Positions 1 to 14,609 of a stretch of DNA of 64,000 bases are shown in pieces. Origin of the DNA: Tricharina praecox (Eukaryota). Numbering within the stretch: the stretch's first letter is position 1; each line of letters begins with the position of its first letter. The translations under genes were made by a program, and so were the position numbers. The stretch covers positions 186,001-250,000 of the forward strand of contig NW_026250413.1 of assembly GCF_024521635.1 (NCBI RefSeq), given 5' to 3'. Under the pieces are notes generated by a model. It made no database searches. It had not been told where the DNA came from and saw only the letters and a program-made list of their open reading frames with translations.

Positions 1-3000
1 TACCTACACATATCGGTACTTCTTGGATACCTTTAACATTCTGCTCATCACGAAACCTGGCCATGGAAAACCTATGTAGACACCGGATTGCTTCCTTCCT
101 TCCTTCCCTCCTTCCCTCCTTCCCTCCTTCCCTCCTTCCTCCCGCCCTTCCTCCTTGTCGAGAGTCGACATTGAATCACGATCCGCCAACTCGACTCGAC
201 TCGACTCGACTCGACTCGACTCGACTTGACTTCACTACCGTAGTTAGCGGTCAAGTGACACATGACACATGACACATGACACATGACACATGACACATGC
301 CACATCCTACCAGTAGGCCCCCTCCCCCCGCCAATCAACCGGCGACGAAACCAGAAACCAGCCCGAAAAAAAGCAAAGCAAAGCTCGCCCAGCAAATCCA
401 ATCCAGCAATCCAAATCCAAATCCAACACCGCCCAGTGCCCAGTGCCTAGATACAGCTTTCCGGAGCCGCGGTGCATCCACCCACCACCACCAGCACCAC
501 CACCAGCACCACCACCAGCACCACCACCAGCACCGAGCCCAGGATCGGGGTCCTGTCCGGGTCGGGTCCGGGCCGGTTCGATTCGATCACCATCAATCAA
601 ATCAATTACAATCAAATCAAATATGTAGAGTACAATCAAATCAAATCCCAATCCCCGGGGAAGAGCCATCCTTAAGCCATCCATCCTTAAGGGCGGGCCG
701 TCCGTCGAGTGGTTACAGCGAATGGAAGAAAATTAAGTGAGACGTGGTAGGTAGAGTAGAGTGCGTCGCTGTCGCTGTCGCTGTCGGTGTCGGTATTGGT
801 ACCGGTACCGGTCGGCGGTAATTACCCTCTACGGTATGCTAGAATACCAGGTGCGGGTGCGGGAAAAAGTCGGGTTGGGACTTTGAACTTTGGTGCGGGG
901 CCAATGGGAGGGGGCGACCGGAATACCATACCTACCATACTTGCATACAGGCGAGTGATAGGTATGTAGCAGAGGTGCCCCTGCTCTGTTCTGTTGTGTT
1001 CTGTTTGTTGTCGTGGGCGAGTACTCTACTCTACATAATCGGGCCTCGCCGCACGCGGCCTGGAAGTTCGACACGGCACAGCAGAGAAGTTGGAGGAACA
1101 CTCTACATACATAGGAAGCCCTATGATATGGTTTGACGATTGATCGCAGGCGAGAAAGAGGAAGAGGAAGAGGAAGAGAGACAGCGTTCCGCGCAGAGCC
1201 AGATACCGGTATGGGGGTGCTCTATGTGAGTATGTAGAGTACCGGACCAGAGGTCATCCGGCGTTGGAAGGTGGGGATCGAGACTTGAGACTGGATAGGC
1301 TTGGCACTGGGCTGCACACAGGTTCTTGCTTGGGTGCTTGGATGCCTGGGGGAGTGGTGGAAGTTGGGGGAGTGCCGTCTTCCAGAGTGCAGCTGTGCGA
1401 GAGGGCTGGCTGGATGGATGGATGATTATGTACCCTAGATACTCTAGATACTGAGGACGGTACATACTCTACTGAATAGCAGAGCATGTATGTACCGAGT
1501 CCTCCATGTACCGTTCTCTACTCCAGGTACTCCAGGTGTCGACACAGCTCGCACTCGCCCTTGCGTTTACCTTTGCCTTCACCCTGCCTTCACCCTACCT
1601 TGCCTTGCCTTACTTCGCGTCCTCGCATCATCCCGACCCACCAGTCAACCAGTCAACGGACGCAAGCGAGCGAGCGAGTTCTTCCTCTCCGCCTTCTCTT
1701 GTCTGCTCTGCTCTGCTCTCCAGCTGTTTCGGGTAGTGTCCGCCCGCGCCCGCGCCCGCGCCCGCCTCCGCCTCCCAAGTAGCCCCCCAAGTAGCCCCCC
1801 CAAGTAGCCTCCCTCCAAAGTAGCCGCCGTTAGAGAAATTATGAAGTGGAGGGGTGTGTGGGTAGGGTAGGGAGGGTGGGAGGGGGGAGGGATCAGGGAG
1901 GGAGGGGAGGGATCAGGGTGGATGGGTGGATGGGGTTGTCTTGGAAGTTGCTGCACCGCGAATCCGACAGGGAATAGTGCTGGTTCGCTGGGCAGGGATG
2001 GGCCACACCACCGCTAACTACCACCACCGCCAACAGCAACAGCAACAGCAACAGGTTTTGGTTCGCAGCAGCGCGACGGAGGAGGGAGAGCGAGAGAGGG
2101 GGGCGTGGCACTTCTGCCGTGTGCTGGTGGTGGTGGTGGTGGTGGTGGTGGTGGTGGTTTTGGTTGTGGTGCATGCGTGGGGTTTGAAGGGGGGGATGGA
2201 TGGGTGGGCTGGTGGGTTGGTGGGTGGGTTTTTGATATCGTTCTCATTTGTTACTCTACCTTACTCTGGTACTCTACTCTTGGATCGTATTACGATAAAT
2301 TAGCCACCATATCTGCCCGTACCGTACCGTACTCCTCTCCTTCCCTCCCTCCCTCCCTCCCTCCCTCCCTCCCTCCCTCCCTCCCTCCCTCCCTCCTCTC
2401 GACGGTCATTTCGAGCGCGGGGGGCCAGATGTGACAGCTCAGAGTTTGGGTGCCGGGTCGGACCGACCGGTCTCGCTCGTCTCGTTTTAGTTATAGATAC
2501 TCGTATTTATTTGGCTGGCTGGATACATACCGTTGCTTGTTTTCCCCCGTCCGTCGAACGTCCGACCGTGGTTGGTTTCAGGGGGGCGGGGATGGGGAGG
2601 AAAGGCATCGTTCGTTCGTAACTAACGATCCTTTCCTTCGGTTCGGGTCGGGATTTCCGGACCCGAGTTCCACGAACGCGGGGGGTGGGGGGTTGGCGAT
2701 GGATGTATGTGTGTGTGTGTGTGCGTGTGTGCGTGGGTGGGATAGGTGGGAGGAACTGGAAGGGAAGGGGTCGCAGCCGGTTGGTTGGCTGGTTGGCTGA
2801 CTGGTTGGTTGGCTCGTGCGAAATCCCACTCCTCCCACGACCCATATCGAACAGCCGACTAGGTACTCTACATAGAGTACAGACATCATACCTGGATGGG
2901 TTCCGACACCATGTACCGACATCTAGCATATATAGCATAGGCAGAGTACTCTACGCTACCCGCAGGCCGGCGGGTTCTTCGGGCCCGGATGGGACTGCAA

Positions 3001-5287
3001 CTGCAACTGCACTGCACGTCGGTGCTGCTGGATGCTGGATACTGGATGCTGGATGCTGGTCCCTACATAGGTACATATGCCCGCGCGTCTTCTTCCGTCC
3101 TTCTCTGCAGCAGCGGGCTGCAGGCACGACGTGATGGCGCCGGCTCCTGCGAGAGAGAGGGAGGGAGGGAGAGGGAGGGAGGGAGAGAGACGGGAGGGGG
3201 GGGGAGAGAGAGAGAGAAAACAGCGCACAGACATCGGCACCGTCGTCGTGGCTGGTGCGTCCTGTCCTGTCCTGTCCTGTCCTGTCCCGAGCCACCACCA
3301 GCTGGGTCGGGTTGGGTCCCGGTCGGGAGTGGAGTGTTGCGCACGCCGCACGCGGCTCTGTTCGGTTCGGGCGACGGGGTGGGGTGTCGGTGGAATTTGC
3401 GATTTGCGATGCGAGACAGCCAAGCGCGTGTGATTCGAGCGGAGAGAAGGAAATGCCTACGGTAGAGATGCATGGGAGAATCGAGATGCGAGGAGTGTGC
3501 GTGCGCGGCGACCACGAGAGGCGAGGGGAGCGAACCCTTCGCTTATTTCCCTATTCGCGGGAACCGATCCCTCCCGGGGCGCGGCGGAGGAGGAGAACCA
3601 CGGCACCGCGTCACCGCGCGCAAGATCCAGATCCATAGTACCGCCGTACCAGACAGTGGACAGTGGACAGTGGACAGCATCTCATCTCCCGCGATGGCGG
3701 GTGTCTAAGCGCAGCGTGCGGGTCTCTCCCTCCCTCTGTTTCTCTGTCTCACTGCCCTGATTGGGCAGCCGCGCAATCCCGTCCAAGTCAGAGTGGATAC
3801 CCAGGGCGGGACCCGCCAAACTCAAAATACCTCCGGGAAACGCCCACTTACCGCGTAATGTTTGCATATGTATGACCAGCCGATAGCCGCATCTCACCTC
3901 TCGTCGAAACGTTTTTTCCCGCCGTTTCGGATCTAATCGAAGTGAAGTGAAGTGAAGTGAGGTCATGCAGGAGTAGATCAGCACCCCACTACCGGTAAAC
4001 GTCTCTACATATACTAATCGGTGGCGTAAACCGTGATGCGTGCGTGGGTAGGTAAACATCTACACACTCGGTAGGTATCTACATCTGCCCGTCGGGTTCC
4101 GGTGACTGCCGGGTGGGAGACACTGTTGTATGGTAGGTAGAGCAGAGTACGGTCGGCTACATCTACTAGTTGAAACCCGCGCAATCGCTGTAGAGTACCG
4201 AGCACGGTACCATGATGGCCGTCAGTTCGGCTGGTCAGTTCGAGCTTCGGAGCTTGCTGCTTACATACTCAAAGCGAGACTCCTCCTCCTCCTCCGGCTC
4301 AGAAATCGACGTCATTGCCCTACCTATTTCAATTCCGGATGGATGGACTTGCAAGTTGCTGGGGGTAGTTAGGCATACCTAGCAGCCGTTCACGAACTAC
4401 CGGTATGTACCTAGAGTACATATGCTTCAAGCCATCAAGCTGACTCTGCAGGAAGTTGGGATCTGATGGGCTCTGGACAGTGCAGTCTGCATGAGTGGAT
4501 CCTGTTGGCAGATACCTTTGTATGCATCCAAATCTTCGTTTGCTCCGTCGTGTTAGTGCCCGATCCCGAGTGCGTACTCTAGCCCCAGCAAGCCTCGAGA
4601 GTTGAGAGTTGAGAGTTGAGATGAACCATTCGGATCGAACAACGAATGGGTTCGTCCGGGCAGGCAGGTAGGCCCGATACCAGTGATTACGATCGAGGTG
4701 TGGTGTGGATGCGTGAACCGAATGGTTACCTGGCTGGATAGCGAGTGCCTCACTCAGACTTCAGTCACATCACAAATCCACAGTCACAGTCATAATGCAC
4801 ATCGACATCCTATGATCCTAGAATATTTCCGGCCAATTTCAGCACTTTCTTCCGAGGATCGACATTCCGTTGGAACTTTGGTCGTCTTTGTCTCACATCC
4901 AATAGTCCAATAGGCAACCCTGCTGTTGCTATGTACAATACTGCCTGCCTTCACGACTCGGGCGTCGAGTGCCCGAGGAACGTCCCTATGACCAGACCAC
5001 TCGGGGCGGCTGTGAACTCGGTCGGTGAGAATCGACCGGGCGGGCGACGATCCTGATCCTGATCCTGGCAGGCGGACCGTTGACTCGGCGTTGATCCTTG
5101 AGGCATCATCCCGCGCGTTCAGCGCGGCGGCGGCGGCGGGAATGCTCGGACGCAAACCATCCATCCATCCACCCGTCCGTCCATCAGTCTAGACCGTAGA
5201 CCGTAGACACATGGCCGCGCAGAGTTCGTGCCATACATTCATCCATCCATCCAAGCAAGTTCATCCGACCGACCATGGAAGACGACT

Positions 5288-5321
<34 letters not shown>

Positions 5322-6929
5322 TTACTTGTGATGTTTATTTCGACCGCATACCTACCGTAGTCTGTTGGCTGTTGGATGCCGTCGTCGACCGACCGACCGA
5401 TCGATACACCGCTCTGTTATTATCCTAGGCAAGTACCGGTAGCTAAACTAGCACTCGGTGCTTACTCCCAAGCCGACTAGACTCCACTCTCCACTCTCCA
5501 GCACCCTCCAAGCTTCTTCTGCTCTGTCTGCAGGGATTATCTACTCGCCACTAGCGAACCCACCCACCGAGATAATGTATGTGTAGCATGACAGGGGGGT
5601 GTGGGCAGTGCGACTTGGCCCTTGGGACTCGTCCTTCTTGGGGCATGGGGCGAGAAGAGAGATGGTTGGTGCCGAGCTCGCTGGGGCTAGATACGGTACT
5701 CTACTCTGGTTGGGGGAAGGAAGGAAGGAAGAGGCAAGCCACCCACCCACCAGTAACCGGCGTTTGGGTGCGGTGCGTATCATATGTAAGAAAGAGATGG
5801 GCCCGGAGAGAGCTCGTGCAGCGGCTGGGAACTTGGGATGGGAACTTGGGAGAGCCAGCGGGCTCGGGCTTGGGCTGCTTTTCGCTTTTCGTGATGACGA
5901 CGGCGCGGCGCGGCGGGGTAAAGTAGAGTAGAGTGCTTTGTGCTTTGTGCTTTGTGCTCGATGCTTGGTGTGTGCGTGTGCTTGTGCGTGTGCGTGTGCG
6001 CGTATGTGGGATAACCGGACCGGACCCGACGATGGAGCCGACGAGCGAACGGACGGGGACGGACGCGAGAGACGCGATGCGACGCGAAGGCGGCAGGCAG
6101 GCGGGCTGCGGGTGCGGGGATATTCTGTTTTTTACTGCCATTTCGGCCGTATGCGGCCGATTTACCACATCGGTTTTATTCCGGTTTTTGCTACGAGGTG
6201 CTTCAAGATATTTTTACAGCCATACCGGTACTAGCAAAACACGCCACTCTCCATGGAGTCTACTCCGCCAATTTAATGACCGCATCCATCCATGGTCCAT
6301 CCATGGGCCATCCTACCACCCACGCTTCCCGCCGATATAACTAGCTCCCCAGCGATAGTTGCCCCCTGTTTGCCTCGCCGTCCCTCCCACCCCCCCTCCC
6401 CACCCCCGGCCCATCTCCACCCATCCACCCCATCCGTGGGCATCCAGCGCCTGGACTCCAGGCTTTCCCTCGCTCGCTCGCTCTCGCTCCTGCCCGCCCT
6501 CCATACCCGTCGTTCGGTGTGGCCAGACGAGGACTAGCCGCGTGCAACTGTTCCGTTTCCCTTTGCCTCTCTCATGCGCTTCCCTGCCCTTCCTTCCCGC
6601 TCGCCTCCCTCCCTCCCTCGCCCTCCCTCTTCCCACCCGACGACATCAGCAGCAGCAGAAGCAGCAGAAGCAGCAGAAGCAGCAACCTTTGGATATCCCC
6701 CTTCCCATCCCTCCACACGCCTGAGCCGTGTGCGATCTCACTGTAGAATACCATCTCGTCGTCTCTCCCCACCTCCCAAGCCCAAACCCCAAGCCAGACT
6801 CCTACCCCGGGCCAGCAGCATCGCCCAGTCAAATCACGCCCAGTCAAGTCAAGCCCATCGTTCCCTCCCTAGCTCTGCCGCTTCGTCGTCGCGCGCCACT
6901 CCTCTCACGTCCGAGCCCAGCCCGCAAAG

Positions 6930-8256
<1,327 letters not shown>

Positions 8257-8504
8257 TTAGCTAGCCTCTACCACACACCCTCCCCTTTATCGCATCCCGA
8301 AATATTATCGACTCCAGCCCATCGCGCTTTCCAATCCGGACTACTACCTCCTTAGTTCTCAACTACCAGCTCCCACTCAACCACCCCAGAGGTTCGTTCT
8401 GCCACGGAAGGAAATATACTCGAGTCCATCGGCTCATATCCTACAGCTTTATCGACCAGCAAAGGAAATAAAAACACACTCACTCACACCCAACAATACT
8501 CGAC

Positions 8505-10630
8505 ATGAGTCGAAACACCATCCACGACGTCCCCGAGACGGTCGCGATCTTTGAACGCCAGCTCGAGAATGGACAGTCCTTGGAGTACCGGCTGCAGGTG
8601 TTGCAGCAGCCCGAGAGGGCGAGAGCTTGTGGAATGGGCGCAAAATGTACGCTCCTTTTCCTCATCGCCCGAGTGATTGCGTTCCTCGGACGTTCTGAAA
8701 GGGGGAGATGGGAGAGAGAGATTCGAATGAACGAGTGATTGACCGATTGCAGCGCATGCCGACCGTCGACCAGTCGATCCGCCTCCAGTTGTCGAGCTCC
8801 GATTGTGGCAGGGTGTGGGCAAGGACAAGTCGGACGTGTATGTTTCCCCTTTTCTTTCTTGGAATCGATCGTGTGGGGAACGCAACCAGCTGACCCCGAG
8901 TGACGCCTGCCAGGACATTCGCACACAATGCCAACTTCTTCCTGTTCGCCACCTTGGAACATGCGCGCCCTGTCGCTCAGGCGCGAGGAATGCCGGCTCC
9001 CGCTCCCGCTCCTGTCCTTACCGGTGTCCCTGTTTCCGGCATGGCCTATCTCGATCGCCCGAACCCGGCTGGATACTTCATCTTCCCCGATCTGTCCGTT
9101 CGACACGAGGGTAGGTATCGCCTGCGATTCGGCTTGTACGAACACTCCAACGAGGAGACTTCGTTCAACCAGTCTCAGGACCCGCTGGAGCCACGTGAGT
9201 TCTGCACCCATCGCTTGGATGTCAAGTCCAAGGCCTTTACCGTGTTCTCGGCGAAGAAGTTCCCTGGACTGGCCGAGTCGACCGCTCTGTCGAGGATCGT
9301 AGCCGAGCAGGGTTGCCGTGTGCGCATAAGGCGTGATGTACGCATGAGAAGGAGGAACGAGAGGGTTCGTGGCAGGGATAGCGAGGAGATGGACGAGACG
9401 GCGTTGTTGAGGGCTGGAAGGAATGGATCGACAGACCAGTACGACATCGAGAACCACATCCAGGCTCAGAATGCCCAGCAACCACCGGCGCCTCAGTATC
9501 ACCAGCCTCCTCCACCGCCTCAGTACTCGATGCACCGTTCGAATTCCTTGGATGCGCGCAAGAGGAGTGGGTCGGATGTTTCAGTGGCGTCCGTGGCGGA
9601 GAATGATCAGCAGCCTCAGCGATACAACAGCACCGGTGGATACATGCCGCCGGTGACTAACCACTACCAGGCACCACCGCCTCCTCCTCCTCCTGCGAGT
9701 CAGCCCCAACACTTGAGCTTCGGTAGCAGCACTCACTCGGTCCAGCCGCCGGCTCCTCCCCCTCCCGCTCCGACCTACAGCCAACAGCCTCCTGCGCAGG
9801 ACATGTACGGACGTGGTGGATACCAGGGCCAGTACCAGGCGCCCCCACCGCCGCCACCGCCTCCGTCGTCGTACCATAGCTCCCGCGAGAGCACCATGGC
9901 GGCGCAGAGCCAGAATGGCGACAGGAGAGATTCGGTGGATCAGTACCGCCAGAGGAGGGATTCCGATGTTGCGTACCACGCACCCACTCACTACAGGCCT
10001 TCCACCCCATTGGCCCAGCAGCCGCAGTACAACGGCCCGATGCAAAACGGATACAACGGTCAGGCACAGCAGTATGCTCCTCAGGTGCCTTACACCCAGC
10101 CACAGCCACAACAGGCACTTCCTCCGATCCGCCTTCCTGCGCTCCCGCCGCTCGAGCCCAGAGTCTGGAGTGGCCAGCCCACGACTCCCGGTGCGACTGC
10201 TCCGTCGCAATACTCGGCGCCCAACCCGGTGCCTGCGCCACCGTCGCAGCAACGCACTGCTGCCCCGCCACCACCACCCGTCGCTCCCTCGCAGATCGCA
10301 CCGCCGAACCCGAGCCAGTTCTCTGCGTACTACCCTTCGGGCTCCAGCGGATACGCACCGACAACTCCTGCGTCCCAGGCACCGCAGCCACCTGCCACCG
10401 ATTCCTCCAAGAAGAGGCAATGGGGCCGTGTCTTCAACACTGCGCACACGGAGGGATCCATGCGCAGCGGCATGCGTCCGGACATCGAGTCGGACATGTA
10501 CGGCAGCGACGCAACACCGTTCAGTGCCGACACCGAGGACGACGGCTACGACGACATCAACAAGCTGAAGATGACGTATCGCCGTGCGGACGGTGTAGAA
10601 ATCGTGCGAAAGTTGACTGGTGGCATCTAA
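8505..10630 (+). CDS. veA: Velvet-family developmental/secondary-metabolism regulator VeA (3 exons)
   Basis: Exons 8505-8646, 8753-8837, 8914-10630 splice to [114 protein letters not shown] (velvet domain); Pro/Gln-rich tail; C-terminal MTYRRADG motif typical of VeA. Confidence 0.96.
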
Positions 10631-12569
10631 GCTGTCTTCGTCATCTTCTTCTTCCTTGGTGTTTGATTTTTGGATTTGTTTTTTTTTTTGGCTTTTTGGC
10701 TTTTCCTTTCGTTCGTATTCATGGTTTGGCGGGTTCCTCATCTTTTTTCGTTCTACGGTCCTCCTGTCTATATTCTCGTGTGGCATTTTTTTTTATTTCC
10801 TTTACTTATATCACGCAGTCAATACCAGGCTCTCTTATGTTATGTTTTATTTTTTATCTAGCATGCATTGCTTCGCTCTCCTCGTATATCTATTTTGTTT
10901 TTGCTTTCGCTTTTGCTTTCGCTTTTGCTTTCGCAGTGTAATTTGGTGTTTTTGTGTTTTGTGGCCTTTTGGTTCGAAAGTTTTTGTGAAAGGAAAGAAG
11001 GAGGGAAAGAGTTGGGGTGGATTGATAGTTTGATATATACAGAACGGAACGGAAAATCAGCCACTGCGTTCAATGTTTGGGTTGCAGAGAGAGAGAGAGT
11101 CATCCGTCAGTACACAAGTCTTTTTTCTTCTTCTTCTCTCAATCTCGATCTCTGGCTCTTCATACCTATCTGTATCATTCTCTTGTTCGATCGTTGCTGG
11201 AAGTTGAGCGGCTGGTGGCGAGTTCTTAATATCAATTCTTGATCACACTCTTAACATACTACATCTTCTTACTTGCTTGTCATATCATCGTATCGTATTG
11301 TGTCATATCATATCATATACCCCCCCCAACCCCCAACCCCCAAGTGTCGTACATGCATGTCACATCATATCACTCACTGATGTACTCATCGTTTCCTCTT
11401 TTCCTGTTTTCTTACAACAAAATATTATTTCTTCCTGCTGTTTGGATGGTGCGTTTTTGGGGGGTTTGGGGGGGTTTCTAGGTTGGTGAGATGGATGAAG
11501 GGAGGAAATGGAAGGGAGGAAATGGAAGGGAGGAAATGGAAGGGAGGGAATGGGAAGGGAATGGGATGGTGGAAATGGTGGATGGTGGATAGGGATGGTG
11601 GATGGGATGTGGATGGTGGATGGTGGATACGATGGATGGGAATGGGAATGGTGGATAAGATGGGCTGGACTGGGCTGGTGGATGGGCTGGTGAAACGGGA
11701 CAGGATGGTGGATGGGCTGGGCTTCGATGGACGATGGACTCATGGCGGTTGTTTTTGCGTACATATATGGTTATTTTTGCTTTCTGCTTGAATTGCTGTT
11801 TTACCGTTCTCTACTATCATGCTCACTATCCGCCGGGTCCGAGTGAGCTCGCTGTCCGCTGTTCGCGGGGTTCTCGTGCCGTCTCTGTCGGTGGGTTGTT
11901 TGGTTTGTGCACACTGCACACAGCACCCGGAGGACTTACCTATGAAGGGGGGTTGGTTCGTGGGAGCGGACTGGCTGGCTGGATGGCTGGCTGGCTGGCT
12001 GGTTGAATCAGTGTTCTACATAGTCCAGTCCAGTCCGTCCCGTCGGGACTGCAGTCTGGACCGGATTATGGAGAATGCTGCTGGTATCGTGCTGGTATCC
12101 TTCTCCCGCAGCCCGCAGCCCGCTGTCCACCGAGTCAGTCCGCTGTCCGACTCCACTACCTACCTATTTGTCTTGTCCGCTGTCCGCTGTCCGCTGTCCG
12201 CTGTCCGCTGTCCGCTGTCCGCTGTCTGTCCGCCGGGTTCCCGTGCCGTCTCTGTCGGTGAGTTACACTGCTCCTGATACTTACCTATGTAGTCCAGTCC
12301 AGACTGCATCAGTGTAGTCCAGTCAAGTCTAGTCCAGTCCATAGAATTGGAGGACGGTGTGAACCCAGTCCGTCCCCAAGATTTGCCGGCTCGGACTGCA
12401 GTCGACTGCAGTCGAGTGACAGACCGACACTTTCTGAAATTTTTTGGGTCGAAGTTCGAGCTACCTAGGTATGTGGCTAGCGGGGGGAATCACTCTTTCA
12501 ACGTATCACATGTTCATGCCAGCTCTCTAGAGTATCTCCTACTCCACCGTCGTCTGAATAAGTAAAGAT

Positions 12570-12821
12570 ATGGTGGATGTTTTCCAGCAGGAAGTTGGAA
12601 GTTGGAGCCGCCTCCATGCGGTTCCATTGGCGATGTGGTATAGTACTGGGCGGATAGGTATCAAGTCACATTCGCCTCGCTGGAAAGATCTTGCCAGAGT
12701 GGCCCTCGAGTACCTACATGGGTATTTGGGCATTCCCGCCACGAGAGCAGAGCCGGAACGAGGTTTTAGTGGGACTTTAGTAAAGCCACACACACTCTCA
12801 TCGCCGCTGCAGCATGGGTGA
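12570..12821 (+). pseudogene. hAT transposase C-terminal dimerisation-domain fragment
   Basis: PLAMWY...SPRWKDLARVALEYL..YLGIPATRAEPERGFS matches the hAT dimerisation consensus (PL.WW...P.L...A..YL.IPATS...ER.FS); no catalytic domain upstream. Confidence 0.8.
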
Positions 12822-13088
12822 CGAGTCACGACACACTGAACTTTAAGGCCCTGTAATGTCTCGACTCTCAATTTTGAAAAGCTGGCAACGACTCACGAGA
12901 TGGTCTTTTACATAGCTGCTATGTATTGTACATAGGGCGATATCAAGGAGATGGAGACTACCTACCGTATGATCAATGCATTGTCTGTGCGAGGAGGATT
13001 TGCAATAGATTTACTATGTACCTATAGACGTGTACAAAAAGTTCATTACTGATTTCAAACATTTTCCAATCCATTCAAAGTGACAGTC

Positions 13089-13198
13089 CATCCAGTCGAC
13101 TGCAGTCCATCCAGTCGACTGCAGTCCATCCAGTCGACTGCAGTCCGTCCAGTCGACCGCAGTCCATCCAGTCCATCCAGTCGACTGCAGTCCGTCCA
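13089..13198. repeat. About 5 copies of 19-bp unit CATCCAGTCGACTGCAGTC (subterminal repeat of the hAT remnant)
   Basis: Directly visible; the unit contains two overlapping palindromes, CAGTCGACTG and GACTGCAGTC. Confidence 0.85.
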
Positions 13199-14609
13199 GC
13201 CCTACCAGTTGCGCCTCCTGCCCAGTCCAATCCAGTCAACGCCTCCTGCCCCACTGAACCTCTCAGTCCAGTCCGACTTTTGCTGAAAGACAGACTGGAC
13301 TGGAATATCGGAGGCACTGGCGGGGTGTCGCATACAATCAATGATTAAACAAAAAAAAAGACCATCCCATCTTCGGTGCCAAATTCCAATAGGTACCAGA
13401 GACAATGGGATGAGTAACAGGGCTGATATGTAGAGTACAGAGGTTATGTCGACTCTGGAGCTAGGACTCGAGCCACAAACAGGCCGCCGGATACTAAACA
13501 CTACACTGTAAAAATGTTTAGAAAAGCTTCGGGAGGAGGAGGAAAGTATGAGTTTCTACTAACTTATACAAGTTTCTCTGCGGAATCCACTCGCCGACAT
13601 GATGCTTTGGATATTCACTCGTTTCTAACCTTTCTACATTGGTCCAAATTACTCCAACTTTATGCACTGCATGTATGTAGCAAGTTTACAAGTTCCCGAA
13701 CAAGTAGGGGATACGTCTCCCGCAGCCCGCTGTCTGTCTGTCTGTCGGGCCCGAGTGACCACGAGCGTATTCACCATGCGCCGTCCCCTGTCCTCCGTGT
13801 GGTGATTCCAATTTCTGTGGGCATATCTATTCAATTGTGGGATCAATTAGAACAACTCAACACTTCTTTACCATGAGGATATTCATATACCTACCTTATA
13901 CAATACCTTCTACTCTACCTATGCCCCGGGATCCTAACTGGAAGCGAAGCCCCGGTAACTTTTGCACATTGAATGCACTTGAGCCTCGGGAGTCGCCGCG
14001 AGTCCGCCACTGCTAAAATCAGCACACATCAGTCAGTCACTCATGAGCGAGCACCCGACGCCCGTTCCTGGACACTGCGTCCACCGCCCACTGCCCACTA
14101 TCTACTTTATATAGTGCATACTCCGCAGAGAAGAGAAGAAAAAGAACCTCAAAACATCCCCAAAACACTCCAAAAACACACACTAAATATGGAAAAAATA
14201 ACTTTTAAAATTAATAAAATAAAATAAAAAGGGCCCGGCAAAACACAGGCAACAAGAAAACAACAAAAAGCCCGGGAAAAATCAGCCAAACAGCAAAAAG
14301 ACAAGAAAAAAATCACGGGGAAAAATCACCCGGAAAAAGAAAAAGAAAAAAAGAAACCCGCGGAAAAAAACCACCCCCTCCGACCCCAAGGGTTGCTGGT
14401 CATGGGCTCGTCCTCGTCGATGTTTCCTCTGAGGTCCATTGCTTCCCTCGTCTTGTCGATGCGCTTCGGTTTCGTCGTCTCGTCTCGCCTCGTCAAGCGT
14501 AAGGAACGTTACCAAGTAACGAGGTACGCTTGTTTTGATTGAGGTGTTGCTACCAAATGTAGAGAGGTGTTGGTAGTAGTAGGTGGGGAAAGGTTGGTTG
14601 ATTGGGAAG

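Larger units (their letters stand above)
12009..13319 (+). mobile_element. Internally deleted hAT-superfamily DNA transposon remnant
   Basis: Left end CAGTGTTCTACATA at 12009 is identical to the TIR at 36067; dense CAGTC/GACTG subterminal motifs; transposase fragment inside; tentative degenerate right end GACTGGACTGGAATATCGGAGGCACTG ending at 13319. No TSD found. Confidence 0.7.

Noticed and set aside
9581..10786. 401-aa antisense ORF over veA (likewise 43912-45027 and 47465-48448)
   Set aside because: Shadow ORFs of GC3-rich or repetitive coding sequence with no independent motifs.
12310..13508. Alternative TIR pair CAGTGTAGT / ACTACACTG
   Set aside because: Only 9 bp and no TSD; could be chance.
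14150..14370. A-rich segment as an LTR or terminator
   Set aside because: No second copy and no TG..CA boundaries; looks like low-quality or degraded sequence.
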